A stretch of DNA of 61,823 nucleotides, the filler included. It is 5 parts of 5 records of this genome, joined end to end, with 100 filler letters (N's around TTAATTAATTAA, not from the genome) between each part and the next. Parts side by side here need not be neighbours in the genome. Positions count along the whole stretch, not along the records: positions 1 to 20,054 come from SRR2962707_4968; 4 more parts are not named here. One strand, given 5' to 3'. The notes beneath the pieces are model-generated. The model did no database searches and had not been told where the DNA came from. It worked only from the letters and a program-made list of their open reading frames with translations. Numbering within the stretch: the stretch's first letter is position 1; every line of letters begins with the position of its first letter. Made by a program: the position numbers and the translations under genes. Positions 8,172 to 16,250 of this stretch are shown piece after piece.

Positions 8172-9857
8172 TTACTCATTTAGCTCCGCTATGATCTGAT
8201 TGAAAACTAAAATTACATTTCTCGCCCTCTCAATATCTGTCATACTAAGCTCAAACCCGTCCTGGTAATTTTCAATTTCTCCGTCTTTGTAATACTTGAT
8301 AATATCTTCCTTGAATTTGGTTTCGAAGGAGACTGCCAGTGTCTTGCTCCCGATATCATATTGGATACTTTTTGGATTCAAGTCTGTAAAATTGAATTCG
8401 AAAATTTCTTCCTGACCCCCTTTTGAGTCCACTTCCAGTTTTGTCAGCTTGATTTTGTCCGGATCAGAATTATCAATACGCTCAAATGTTTGTGTGATGG
8501 TCTCATCATCTATGCGAACTTCTCCCATATTTTCTGTAAGCCAGGTTACTTTCTGCTCGAGTGTCATTTCAGCAAAAGGATCAATGTAATCACGTTCGCA
8601 TATTTTTATTATATCCTCTAAAACCGCCTTAATTCTTCTGGCAACCTCAACATTTTCAGTATAGATTTTTAATTCATCATCATAGCCATCAAATTCATCA
8701 TTTTCATAAACTTTCAGTAGGTCCAAGGATTCTTTCGTTGTAAACTCTATATACATTTTGTCTGATGAAACATCATAGTCAATCAGGTTCCCATTTATAT
8801 CAATCAGGTTGAATTCGGCCGTTAACTTTTCGGTGGACTTAGCGTCTGCCTCAGTCCTGGAGAACTTAACCATACAATCTCCATCGATTGTTTGCTCGAA
8901 AGATTCATCACCATAATCGATATTTTGAACAAACTTTTTGAGATAGTCAAAAGCAGGCTGAAGTGATTCGAACTTCTGTATTGAGCCTTCCACTTTGTCC
9001 TTTGCCAGAGGAACAGCCAGCGTAAGAATATTTTTTAGATCCCGTGCCTCCTCGACATTATTTGTAAAAATTTCAATTTCATCATCAAATCCATCAGGGA
9101 CACCATTCTCCAAAACTTTAATGACTTTTTGCTTGCGATTCGTTTCAAAATCAAGCGAAAAGTTAGATCCGGAAATATTGAATTTCAGGCTATTGATGTT
9201 GATGTCTGCCAGGTTGAAGATGTATTGTTTTTCCTCAGAAGACTTTGATGTGATCTCTGTTTGAATGAGTCGAAAGTTCGCTGGAAAGTCTTCTAACGCA
9301 ACCAGTTTTTGGTTGTAGCTGTCGCCACCACTCTCAGCATTTACCACATGCTCTTCCAGCCAGTCTTCCATCTCCTGGTAAGTCTTCACTTTTAGCTTAT
9401 TCTTCATGATCTCCTCGGCTAATGGGATGGCTTTTTTGATCAAATCTTTTAGAATTCTGGCATTGTCAATATTCTTTGTTACCATCAGCATATTTTCTTC
9501 ATATCCTTTGGCTTCACCATTTTCGTATTCTTTGATAAATTTTTGACCGTTATCTACAGTCAGACTGAGATATATAATGTCATTCTTTGTTTCTTCCCTA
9601 ACAACATAAGGGTCTAAATCTGCGACATTGAATTCGTAGACCAGCTCCTCACGGTCCCCTTTTTTGTCTACCTCCACCAATGTGTACTTAAGAACAGAAT
9701 GCCCTAATGATTCCAACTCATGAGTGTAGGTTTCATCGCCGGTTTTAACTTCAAGCAAGTTTGCTTTTATTTCAGAGACGATACTTTCAAACTCAGTATT
9801 TTGAGCATATCCATAAAAAGAAACTATAAGTAATAAAGCTGCTAATAAAGACTTCAT
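8172..9857 (-). CDS. Hypothetical secreted protein with four tandem ~137-aa repeats
   Basis: Signal peptide; FNxxD motif at aa 76, 214, 349, 488 and AR motif at aa 133, 271, 406, 545. Confidence 0.8.
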   Translation of the reverse strand: MKSLLAALLLIVSFYGYAQNTEFESIVSEIKANLLEVKTGDETYTHELESLGHSVLKYTLVEVDKKGDREELVYEFNVADLDPYVVREETKNDIIYLSLTVDNGQKFIKEYENGEAKGYEENMLMVTKNIDNARILKDLIKKAIPLAEEIMKNKLKVKTYQEMEDWLEEHVVNAESGGDSYNQKLVALEDFPANFRLIQTEITSKSSEEKQYIFNLADININSLKFNISGSNFSLDFETNRKQKVIKVLENGVPDGFDDEIEIFTNNVEEARDLKNILTLAVPLAKDKVEGSIQKFESLQPAFDYLKKFVQNIDYGDESFEQTIDGDCMVKFSRTEADAKSTEKLTAEFNLIDINGNLIDYDVSSDKMYIEFTTKESLDLLKVYENDEFDGYDDELKIYTENVEVARRIKAVLEDIIKICERDYIDPFAEMTLEQKVTWLTENMGEVRIDDETITQTFERIDNSDPDKIKLTKLEVDSKGGQEEIFEFNFTDLNPKSIQYDIGSKTLAVSFETKFKEDIIKYYKDGEIENYQDGFELSMTDIERARNVILVFNQIIAELNE

Positions 9858-9915
9858 AATGGGAATTAGGTTTAGAAAGTGTAAAAGTTAAAAAGAAGTG
9901 ACAGTTTACCAATAC

Positions 9916-10863
9916 CTAGTTAGAGGTATTTATTTCAGCTTGCAACTTATCCAGCACATCATAAAGTATGCCCTCCTTTAAAGCGTAGGCGGAAACCCGT
10001 ATGTTTTTCAGGTCAAGTTTTGTGACGATGTAATCAACAAGTACGCACGCCACCACGATCATGTCCACTCGCATTTCAATCATCCCGGGGATAGAAAGAC
10101 GTTGCTCTCTGTTTTTGCTGATTAAATCTTTATAAATCTCGCTGAAAGCATCTTTTCCAAATGGATACTCCGTTTCGTGAGGATTTCGTTCTCTGCCGGT
10201 TTCTTCGCAATAAATATCACTTAGCGTATCAAATGTACCTGAGCAGCCTACCAGAGTCAGGGGTTTAAATTCCTCACATGCAGCGATTAGCGGCTTTAAT
10301 TCCTGATCAAAAAAAGCATGCAGGTCAGCGATTTCGTCCTGAGATATGGGATCTGTTCGATGAAACTTCTCCACAAGCCGTTGACCTCCCACCTCGAAGC
10401 TCCTCAGCCAATATGACCTATCCGAGTCTGAGATGATGAACTCAATGCTTCCACCACCTATATCCATGATTAAATTCTTCTCAGATCCAAAATCCAGGGC
10501 TTTACTGGCACCAAGGTGTATAAGCTCAGCTTCCCTGGTGCCGGAGATTACTTCTATTTCAATTTTGGTCTGTTTATAGATTTCTTTCACCAGATCTTGT
10601 CCATTGCTTGCATTGCGAATAGCACTCGTTGCGGTGGCAAAAACCTGATCAATTTGATGTTCGTCAATGATACTCTTGAACTCATTTAATGCATGAATGG
10701 CTCGTTTCCATGCGGCCTTAGTTATTTCACCTTTGTTGATCCCTTTCTCTCCGATTTTTACGGCTTTACGCTCACGAAGAAGAATTGCATGCGAGTCCTG
10801 CTCTACTCTTGCAATAAGTAGATGAAACGTATTAGTGCCTAAATCAATAACTGCGACCTTCAT
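9916..10863 (-). CDS. ppx: Ppx/GppA family exopolyphosphatase (short form)
   Basis: Start reassigned to MKVAVIDLGTNTFHL (ATG at 10863); ATSAIRNASN, REAELI, DIGGGSIE, ALKEG motifs. The longer track ORF runs into pccB. Confidence 0.9.
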   Translation of the reverse strand: MKVAVIDLGTNTFHLLIARVEQDSHAILLRERKAVKIGEKGINKGEITKAAWKRAIHALNEFKSIIDEHQIDQVFATATSAIRNASNGQDLVKEIYKQTKIEIEVISGTREAELIHLGASKALDFGSEKNLIMDIGGGSIEFIISDSDRSYWLRSFEVGGQRLVEKFHRTDPISQDEIADLHAFFDQELKPLIAACEEFKPLTLVGCSGTFDTLSDIYCEETGRERNPHETEYPFGKDAFSEIYKDLISKNREQRLSIPGMIEMRVDMIVVACVLVDYIVTKLDLKNIRVSAYALKEGILYDVLDKLQAEINTSN

Positions 10864-10953
10864 AAACAGGCCGCAATATAGCAAAATGGATTCGAGTGTT
10901 TTTAGAATTCCCCGATAGATAATTACTGAATTCTCATTGTCCACTCCTCGCCT

Positions 10954-10961
10954 TATCTTTG
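10954..10961 (+). promoter_or_regulatory. Bacteroidota sigma-70 -7 element (TATCTTTG) for pccB
   Basis: Exact TAnnTTTG match 17 nt upstream of the ATG at 10979. Confidence 0.7.
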
Positions 10962-10978
10962 GCGTTTTCAATAGGAAT

Positions 10979-12562
10979 ATGAGCACAGAGAAACCAAAAA
11001 CCGCAACGAACATACAAACCATCGCAGAAAAAATCGAGCGATTAGAATCCATGAACGAAGAGGCCCTGAAAGGAGGTGGAGAGAGCCGCATTGCCAAACA
11101 ACATGAGAAGGGTAAGTTGACTGCTCGTGAACGAATAGACCTGCTGCTGGATGAAGGATCATTCGAGGAGATTGGCAAATTTGTTACACATCGCGCTACT
11201 GATTTCGGGATGGATAAGCAAAAGGTTTTAGGAGATGGAGTTGTTACCGGATATGGTACCATTGATGGCCGTCTTACCTATGTTTTTAGTCAGGATTTCA
11301 CTGTTTTTGGCGGGTCTCTTTCGGAAACGTTTGCTGAAAAGATCGTGAAGATCATGGATATGGCCATGAAAAATGGGGCTCCAGTAATTGGGCTTAATGA
11401 TTCCGGTGGTGCAAGAATTCAGGAGGGAGTGGTTTCGTTGGGTGGATACGCCGATATTTTTTATAGGAATACACTAGCGTCTGGTGTAGTTCCACAGATT
11501 TCAGCAATCCTTGGCCCATGCGCAGGAGGAGCGGTATACTCACCAGCCATTACGGATTTCATATTTATGGTGGAGCAGAGTAGCTACATGTTTGTGACCG
11601 GACCGAATGTGGTAAAAACAGTAACTCAGGAGGATGTGACGAGCGAAGAACTAGGTGGAGCGCAGGCACATGCTTCCAAAAGCGGGGTGACTCACTTTGC
11701 TTGCGCTAATGAAGCTGAATGCATTCGTCAAATTAAACAGCTCATGAGCTACATTCCTTCCAACTGTGAGGAAGAACCACCAAGGGTTGATTATGAAATA
11801 GGTGATGAAACCAGGAACCAACTTGATGATGTTCTTCCGGACAACCCTAACCAACCGTATGACATGCATGATGTCATCAACGGGATCATTGATTCAGATA
11901 GTTTTTTAGAGGTGCATAAGGATTTTGCTGAAAACATCATTTGCGGCTTTGCAAGACTTGCCGGAAGAAGTGTTGGTATTGTAGCTAACCAGCCTATGAG
12001 CATGGCTGGTGTATTAGATATTCAATCAAGTACAAAAGGCGGAAGGTTTGTTAGGTTTTGCGATAGCTTCAATGTGCCGCTACTTGTTTTGGTGGATGTT
12101 CCCGGATTCTTACCCGGAACTGATCAGGAGTGGAATGGGATCATTACCAATGGAGCGAAACTTCTTTATGCATTCAGTGAGGCAACTGTTCCAAGGATTT
12201 CTGTTATCACAAGGAAAGCATATGGGGGAGCCTATGACGTGATGAACTCCAAACACATTGGTGCCGATATGAATTATGCATGGCCTACAGCAGAAATCGC
12301 CGTAATGGGGGCTCAGGGAGCATCCGAGATTATCTTTAGAAAAGAGATTCAGAAAGCAGATGATCCGAACGCGAAGCTTCAGGAAAAAATCAATGAGTAC
12401 ACGGAAAAATTTGCTAATCCGTACATTGCAGCAGCTCGAGGCTTTGTGGATGAGGTGATTATGCCACATAACACCCGAACCAAACTCATTCATGCATTTA
12501 AGATGCTAGAGAATAAAGTAGATAAGCTTCCTCGAAAGAAGCATGGTAACATACCATTATAA
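10979..12562 (+). CDS. pccB: Acyl-CoA (propionyl/methylmalonyl-CoA) carboxylase carboxyltransferase beta subunit
   Basis: [44 protein letters not shown]; start taken at ATG 10979. Confidence 0.93.
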   Translation: MSTEKPKTATNIQTIAEKIERLESMNEEALKGGGESRIAKQHEKGKLTARERIDLLLDEGSFEEIGKFVTHRATDFGMDKQKVLGDGVVTGYGTIDGRLTYVFSQDFTVFGGSLSETFAEKIVKIMDMAMKNGAPVIGLNDSGGARIQEGVVSLGGYADIFYRNTLASGVVPQISAILGPCAGGAVYSPAITDFIFMVEQSSYMFVTGPNVVKTVTQEDVTSEELGGAQAHASKSGVTHFACANEAECIRQIKQLMSYIPSNCEEEPPRVDYEIGDETRNQLDDVLPDNPNQPYDMHDVINGIIDSDSFLEVHKDFAENIICGFARLAGRSVGIVANQPMSMAGVLDIQSSTKGGRFVRFCDSFNVPLLVLVDVPGFLPGTDQEWNGIITNGAKLLYAFSEATVPRISVITRKAYGGAYDVMNSKHIGADMNYAWPTAEIAVMGAQGASEIIFRKEIQKADDPNAKLQEKINEYTEKFANPYIAAARGFVDEVIMPHNTRTKLIHAFKMLENKVDKLPRKKHGNIPL

Positions 12563-12570
12563 TTAAATTA

Positions 12571-12597
12571 TCCCCCTTTGGAGGGGGGAGGGGGAGG
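12571..12597. repeat. REP-like palindromic element (TCCCCCTTTGGAGGGGGGAGGGGGAGG)
   Basis: CCCCCT-TTGG-AGGGGG hairpin plus G-rich tail in an AT-rich spacer; resembles Bacteroidota REP units; single copy here. Confidence 0.5.
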
Positions 12598-12603
12598 TTC
12601 TAA

Positions 12604-13296
12604 ATGAAAACCGCAATCATAACAGCAGCATCGAAAGGAATGGGCCTGGCATGTACGGAAAAACTTGCCCAGGAAGGCTATCAGCTGGCAATACTTTCCC
12701 GCTCATCAGAAATACACGATCTGGCAGATAAGTTTGGAGGTATCGCTCTTCAGGGATCAACAGACAATGAAGAGGATTTGAAGAGATTGGTAGACGCAAC
12801 CATGGAAACCTATGGACAGATTGATGTGGTGGTGAATAATACCGGTCACCCGCCTAAAGGAGAACTACTTGAGTTGACAGATGATCAATGGAAGGAGGGA
12901 TTTGAGCTGGCATTGATGAACGTGATCAGAATGGCAAGAATGGTCGTTCCGTACATGGAAAATAATGGTGGATCCATTGTAAACATTTCAACGTTTGGCG
13001 CGAAGGAACCTTCACTTAATTTCCCAATCTCCTCAGTTGCGCGGACGGCTTTAAGCAGTTTTGCAAAACTTTTTGCGACTAAATATGGAGCGTCAAACAT
13101 TCGAATGAATAATGTACTCCCGGGATTTATCGACAGCTACAAAGCAGATTCGGAAACAATCAATCAAATTCCGATGTTGCGACAGGGGACACCACAGGAA
13201 GTGGCAGAGCTAGTCTCATTTTTAGCAGGAGAAAAATCAGAATATATTACAGGACAAGATTTCCTCATAGATGGAGGGTTAGTAAAATCAATATAA
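12604..13296 (+). CDS. SDR family oxidoreductase
   Basis: TAASKGMG nucleotide-binding loop, NNTG, atypical SxxxR active site, YITGQDFLIDGG. Confidence 0.9.
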   Translation: MKTAIITAASKGMGLACTEKLAQEGYQLAILSRSSEIHDLADKFGGIALQGSTDNEEDLKRLVDATMETYGQIDVVVNNTGHPPKGELLELTDDQWKEGFELALMNVIRMARMVVPYMENNGGSIVNISTFGAKEPSLNFPISSVARTALSSFAKLFATKYGASNIRMNNVLPGFIDSYKADSETINQIPMLRQGTPQEVAELVSFLAGEKSEYITGQDFLIDGGLVKSI

Positions 13297-13299
13297 AAC

Positions 13300-14367
13300 A
13301 TGGATAAAAAGAGTCGAGATTTCCTTTTCAAATACTTAAACAATGCTTCGCCAACGGGTTTTGAGCAGGAAGGCCAAAAAATATGGTTGGATTACATCAA
13401 ACCCTACGTGGATGACTATGTTGTGGATACCTATGGCAGTGTGTACGGTGTGGTAAACCCTGAAGCTGAATACAAGGTGGTGATAGAAGCACATGCAGAT
13501 GAAATCAGCTGGTTTGTGAATTATATCACTGACAAAGGGTACATCTACGTTGTAAGAAATGGTGGTTCAGATCATCAGATAGCACCATCCATGCGGGTAA
13601 ATCTTCATACGAATAAAGGAATCGTAAAAGGTGTTTTTGGCTGGCCGGCAATACATGTGAGAAAAGAAAAGGAGGATAACCCAACTTTAAAAAATATCTG
13701 CATTGATGTGGGAGCAGAGTCAAAAGAGGAGGTAGAGAAAATGGGTATCCATGTAGGTACCGTTGCTACTTTTCAGGATGAGCTTTTCGAAATGAATAAG
13801 AAGTACTTTGTTGGAAGAGCACTGGATAATCGCGCCGGTGGTTTTATGATCGCTGAGGTGGTTAGAAGAATCTCCGAAAACAAAGTGAAGTTGCCTTTCG
13901 GACTATATGTGGTAAACTCTGTTCAGGAAGAGATTGGTCTGAAAGGTGCCGAAATGGTCTCCAGACGGATCAAACCTAACCTCGCGATTGTTACAGATGT
14001 AACCCATGATACCCAGTCTCCAATGTATGACAAGATCACGAGCGGAGATATGACAGCAGGCAAAGGGCCTGCTATAACATATGGTCCTGCGGTGCAGAAT
14101 AACGTGCGTGATATGATCATCAAAGTAGCTGAGAAAAAGAAAATACCATTTCAGAGAATGGCAGCTTCCCGAACCACTGGTACCGATACGGATGCATTTG
14201 CTTACTCTGACATTGGAGTAGCTTCTGCATTGATTTCACTTCCATTGAAATACATGCACACGACTGTAGAGACCGTTCATAAGGAGGATGTTGAAAACGT
14301 AATTAAGCTCATTTACGAAACAGTTATTCAGGTCAAAGACGGTCAGGATTTCACCTATTTTAAGTAA
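13300..14367 (+). CDS. M42 family metallopeptidase
   Basis: AHADEI, ALDNRAG, QEEIG, DVTH, GTDTDA, YMHT metal ligands. Confidence 0.93.
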   Translation: MDKKSRDFLFKYLNNASPTGFEQEGQKIWLDYIKPYVDDYVVDTYGSVYGVVNPEAEYKVVIEAHADEISWFVNYITDKGYIYVVRNGGSDHQIAPSMRVNLHTNKGIVKGVFGWPAIHVRKEKEDNPTLKNICIDVGAESKEEVEKMGIHVGTVATFQDELFEMNKKYFVGRALDNRAGGFMIAEVVRRISENKVKLPFGLYVVNSVQEEIGLKGAEMVSRRIKPNLAIVTDVTHDTQSPMYDKITSGDMTAGKGPAITYGPAVQNNVRDMIIKVAEKKKIPFQRMAASRTTGTDTDAFAYSDIGVASALISLPLKYMHTTVETVHKEDVENVIKLIYETVIQVKDGQDFTYFK

Positions 14368-14368
14368 A

Positions 14369-14818
14369 ATGAGAAACGCTCTAATCGTTGGTTTACTTGT
14401 TCTTTTAGTTAGCTGTAATACAAAAGAGACGTCATCTGTAAAAGGGAAGTGGTATACCTATGCTGAGAGTGGTGACTATATGGAATTGTGGCTGGGAGAA
14501 GATAAAGCAATAAGCTACTTAAGCGGAATTGATGAGTTTCTTCTTTATGATTTGAAACGAGATGGGAATGTGCTAAAGTTTTCTCTTATTGAAAGCAGAA
14601 TCACTGATGAACACCAGTTTCAACTCATTGTAAACAAGTCTAGTGAGGAATTATTTCAAGCTACTTTCATCGGTGGCGAGAAGGTTGATTCACTCAAAAC
14701 CTATTTCCTGGTAGACAGCAAAGTGCCGGAAATAAAAGCTTCGTTAGAAGCCAATAGGGATAATATGCAGGAGCTGCTTTCTCGAATGGAAGGATCGCAT
14801 GCCGGGCATGGTCACTAA
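14369..14818 (+). CDS. Hypothetical lipoprotein with His-rich C-terminus
   Basis: Lipobox LVSC; ends SHAGHGH. Confidence 0.7.
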   Translation: MRNALIVGLLVLLVSCNTKETSSVKGKWYTYAESGDYMELWLGEDKAISYLSGIDEFLLYDLKRDGNVLKFSLIESRITDEHQFQLIVNKSSEELFQATFIGGEKVDSLKTYFLVDSKVPEIKASLEANRDNMQELLSRMEGSHAGHGH

Positions 14819-15566
14819 GGAAAACAGCAGAATACAAGATATGATGGGTAGGGAAGTAAAATGTCCCTATTCACCTAAACGCGTTGTTTCTCTGGTACCT
14901 TCACAAACGGAATTTTTATTGGATATTGGAGCGTCTGTGGTTGGACGGACAAAGTTTTGTGTCCATCCAAAAGACCAATTGAAAGATATTCCAATTATTG
15001 GAGGGACTAAGAATTTCCGCTTTGAGAAAATCCGGGAGCTACAACCGGATTTGATCATCGGCAACAAGGAGGAGAACTATAAATACGGTATCGAGAAACT
15101 GGAAAAGGAATTTCCGGTTTGGATGAGCGACATCTATACACTTGATGATGCATTTGAAATGATGACGGCTATTGGTCACATCTGTGATTTGGAAGGCAGT
15201 GCTAGCAACATCATTCGAGAATGCCAGGAAGCTGTGGAAGGTATAAAGGGAACCAAATCAGGAAAAGTCATCTACCTGATCTGGAACAAACCCTGGATGG
15301 CAGCAGGAAAAAACACCTTCATTGATCATTTGCTCAATCACTTGGGATATGAAAACCTGGTCACTGAGGAACGCTATCCTGAGTTAACCACGGAGCAAAT
15401 CACCGAATTAAATCCTGATAAAATTCTATTTAGCTCTGAGCCTTTTCCCTTCAAAGAAGAGCACTTAGCAGAAGCAAGAGCGTATTGGAAAAATACAGCG
15501 TGCGAATTGGTAGATGGAGAGTTGTATAGTTGGTATGGGAGTAGGTTGAGAAAGTGGAAAGCCTGA
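14808..15566 (+). CDS. Helical-backbone metal receptor (BtuF-like binding protein)
   Basis: RVVSLVPSQTE, VGRTKFCVHP, GGTKN, PDLIIGNKEEN, DGELYSWYG; start at 14799 or 14808. Confidence 0.85.
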   Translation: MVTKENSRIQDMMGREVKCPYSPKRVVSLVPSQTEFLLDIGASVVGRTKFCVHPKDQLKDIPIIGGTKNFRFEKIRELQPDLIIGNKEENYKYGIEKLEKEFPVWMSDIYTLDDAFEMMTAIGHICDLEGSASNIIRECQEAVEGIKGTKSGKVIYLIWNKPWMAAGKNTFIDHLLNHLGYENLVTEERYPELTTEQITELNPDKILFSSEPFPFKEEHLAEARAYWKNTACELVDGELYSWYGSRLRKWKA

Positions 15567-15569
15567 AAC

Positions 15570-16205
15570 ATGCCAATCTACCAACTTACCGATGATCTGA
15601 TATTCCCTCCTGTAGATGGTGCCGAGGACGGAATCGTGGCTGTTGGTGGAGATCTACTTCCTGAACGACTCATTCTGGCCTATCAGTCGGGAATTTTCCC
15701 CTGGTATAGTAAAGGGGACCCAATTATCTGGTGGAGTCCCGATCCTCGTTTTGTGCTGTTTCCTGATAAACTTCATATCTCTCGTTCAATGAAACGAGTG
15801 TTGAACAACGACGAACTAAGCGTCACATTCAATCAAAGTTTTGAGCAGGTAATTACCGAGTGCAGACACATCCCACGCATGGGTCAGGAAGGTACCTGGA
15901 TCACCGAAGAAATGGAACTTGCCTACATTCGACTTCATGATATGGGCATTGCAGAGTCAGTGGAGGTTTGGAAAGAAGATGAACTTGTAGGTGGTATGTA
16001 TGGCGTTCGAACGGGGAAAGTTTTTAGTGGAGAATCCATGTTTTCGAAAGCGAGTAACACATCCAAATTGGCACTGATTCATTTCATTCAAAAATTCCAA
16101 CAAGAAGGAGGCTTACTCTTTGATTGTCAGGTACACTCCAAGCACATGGAAACGATGGGCGCAGAGGAGGTACCTCGAGAGGAATTTTTGAATTATTTGA
16201 AATAA
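15570..16205 (+). CDS. aat: Leucyl/phenylalanyl-tRNA--protein transferase
   Basis: AYQSGIFPW, WWSPDPR, GTWIT, FSGESMFS, DCQ motifs. Confidence 0.95.
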   Translation: MPIYQLTDDLIFPPVDGAEDGIVAVGGDLLPERLILAYQSGIFPWYSKGDPIIWWSPDPRFVLFPDKLHISRSMKRVLNNDELSVTFNQSFEQVITECRHIPRMGQEGTWITEEMELAYIRLHDMGIAESVEVWKEDELVGGMYGVRTGKVFSGESMFSKASNTSKLALIHFIQKFQQEGGLLFDCQVHSKHMETMGAEEVPREEFLNYLK

Positions 16206-16250
16206 CATTTATCCATAGCACTCTGCATTTTTCATTAATTTCCGGTCAGT

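Noticed and set aside
10864-11262. 133-aa N-terminal extension of Ppx overlapping pccB
   Set aside because: Antisense open frame of pccB; Ppx homology begins at ATG 10863.
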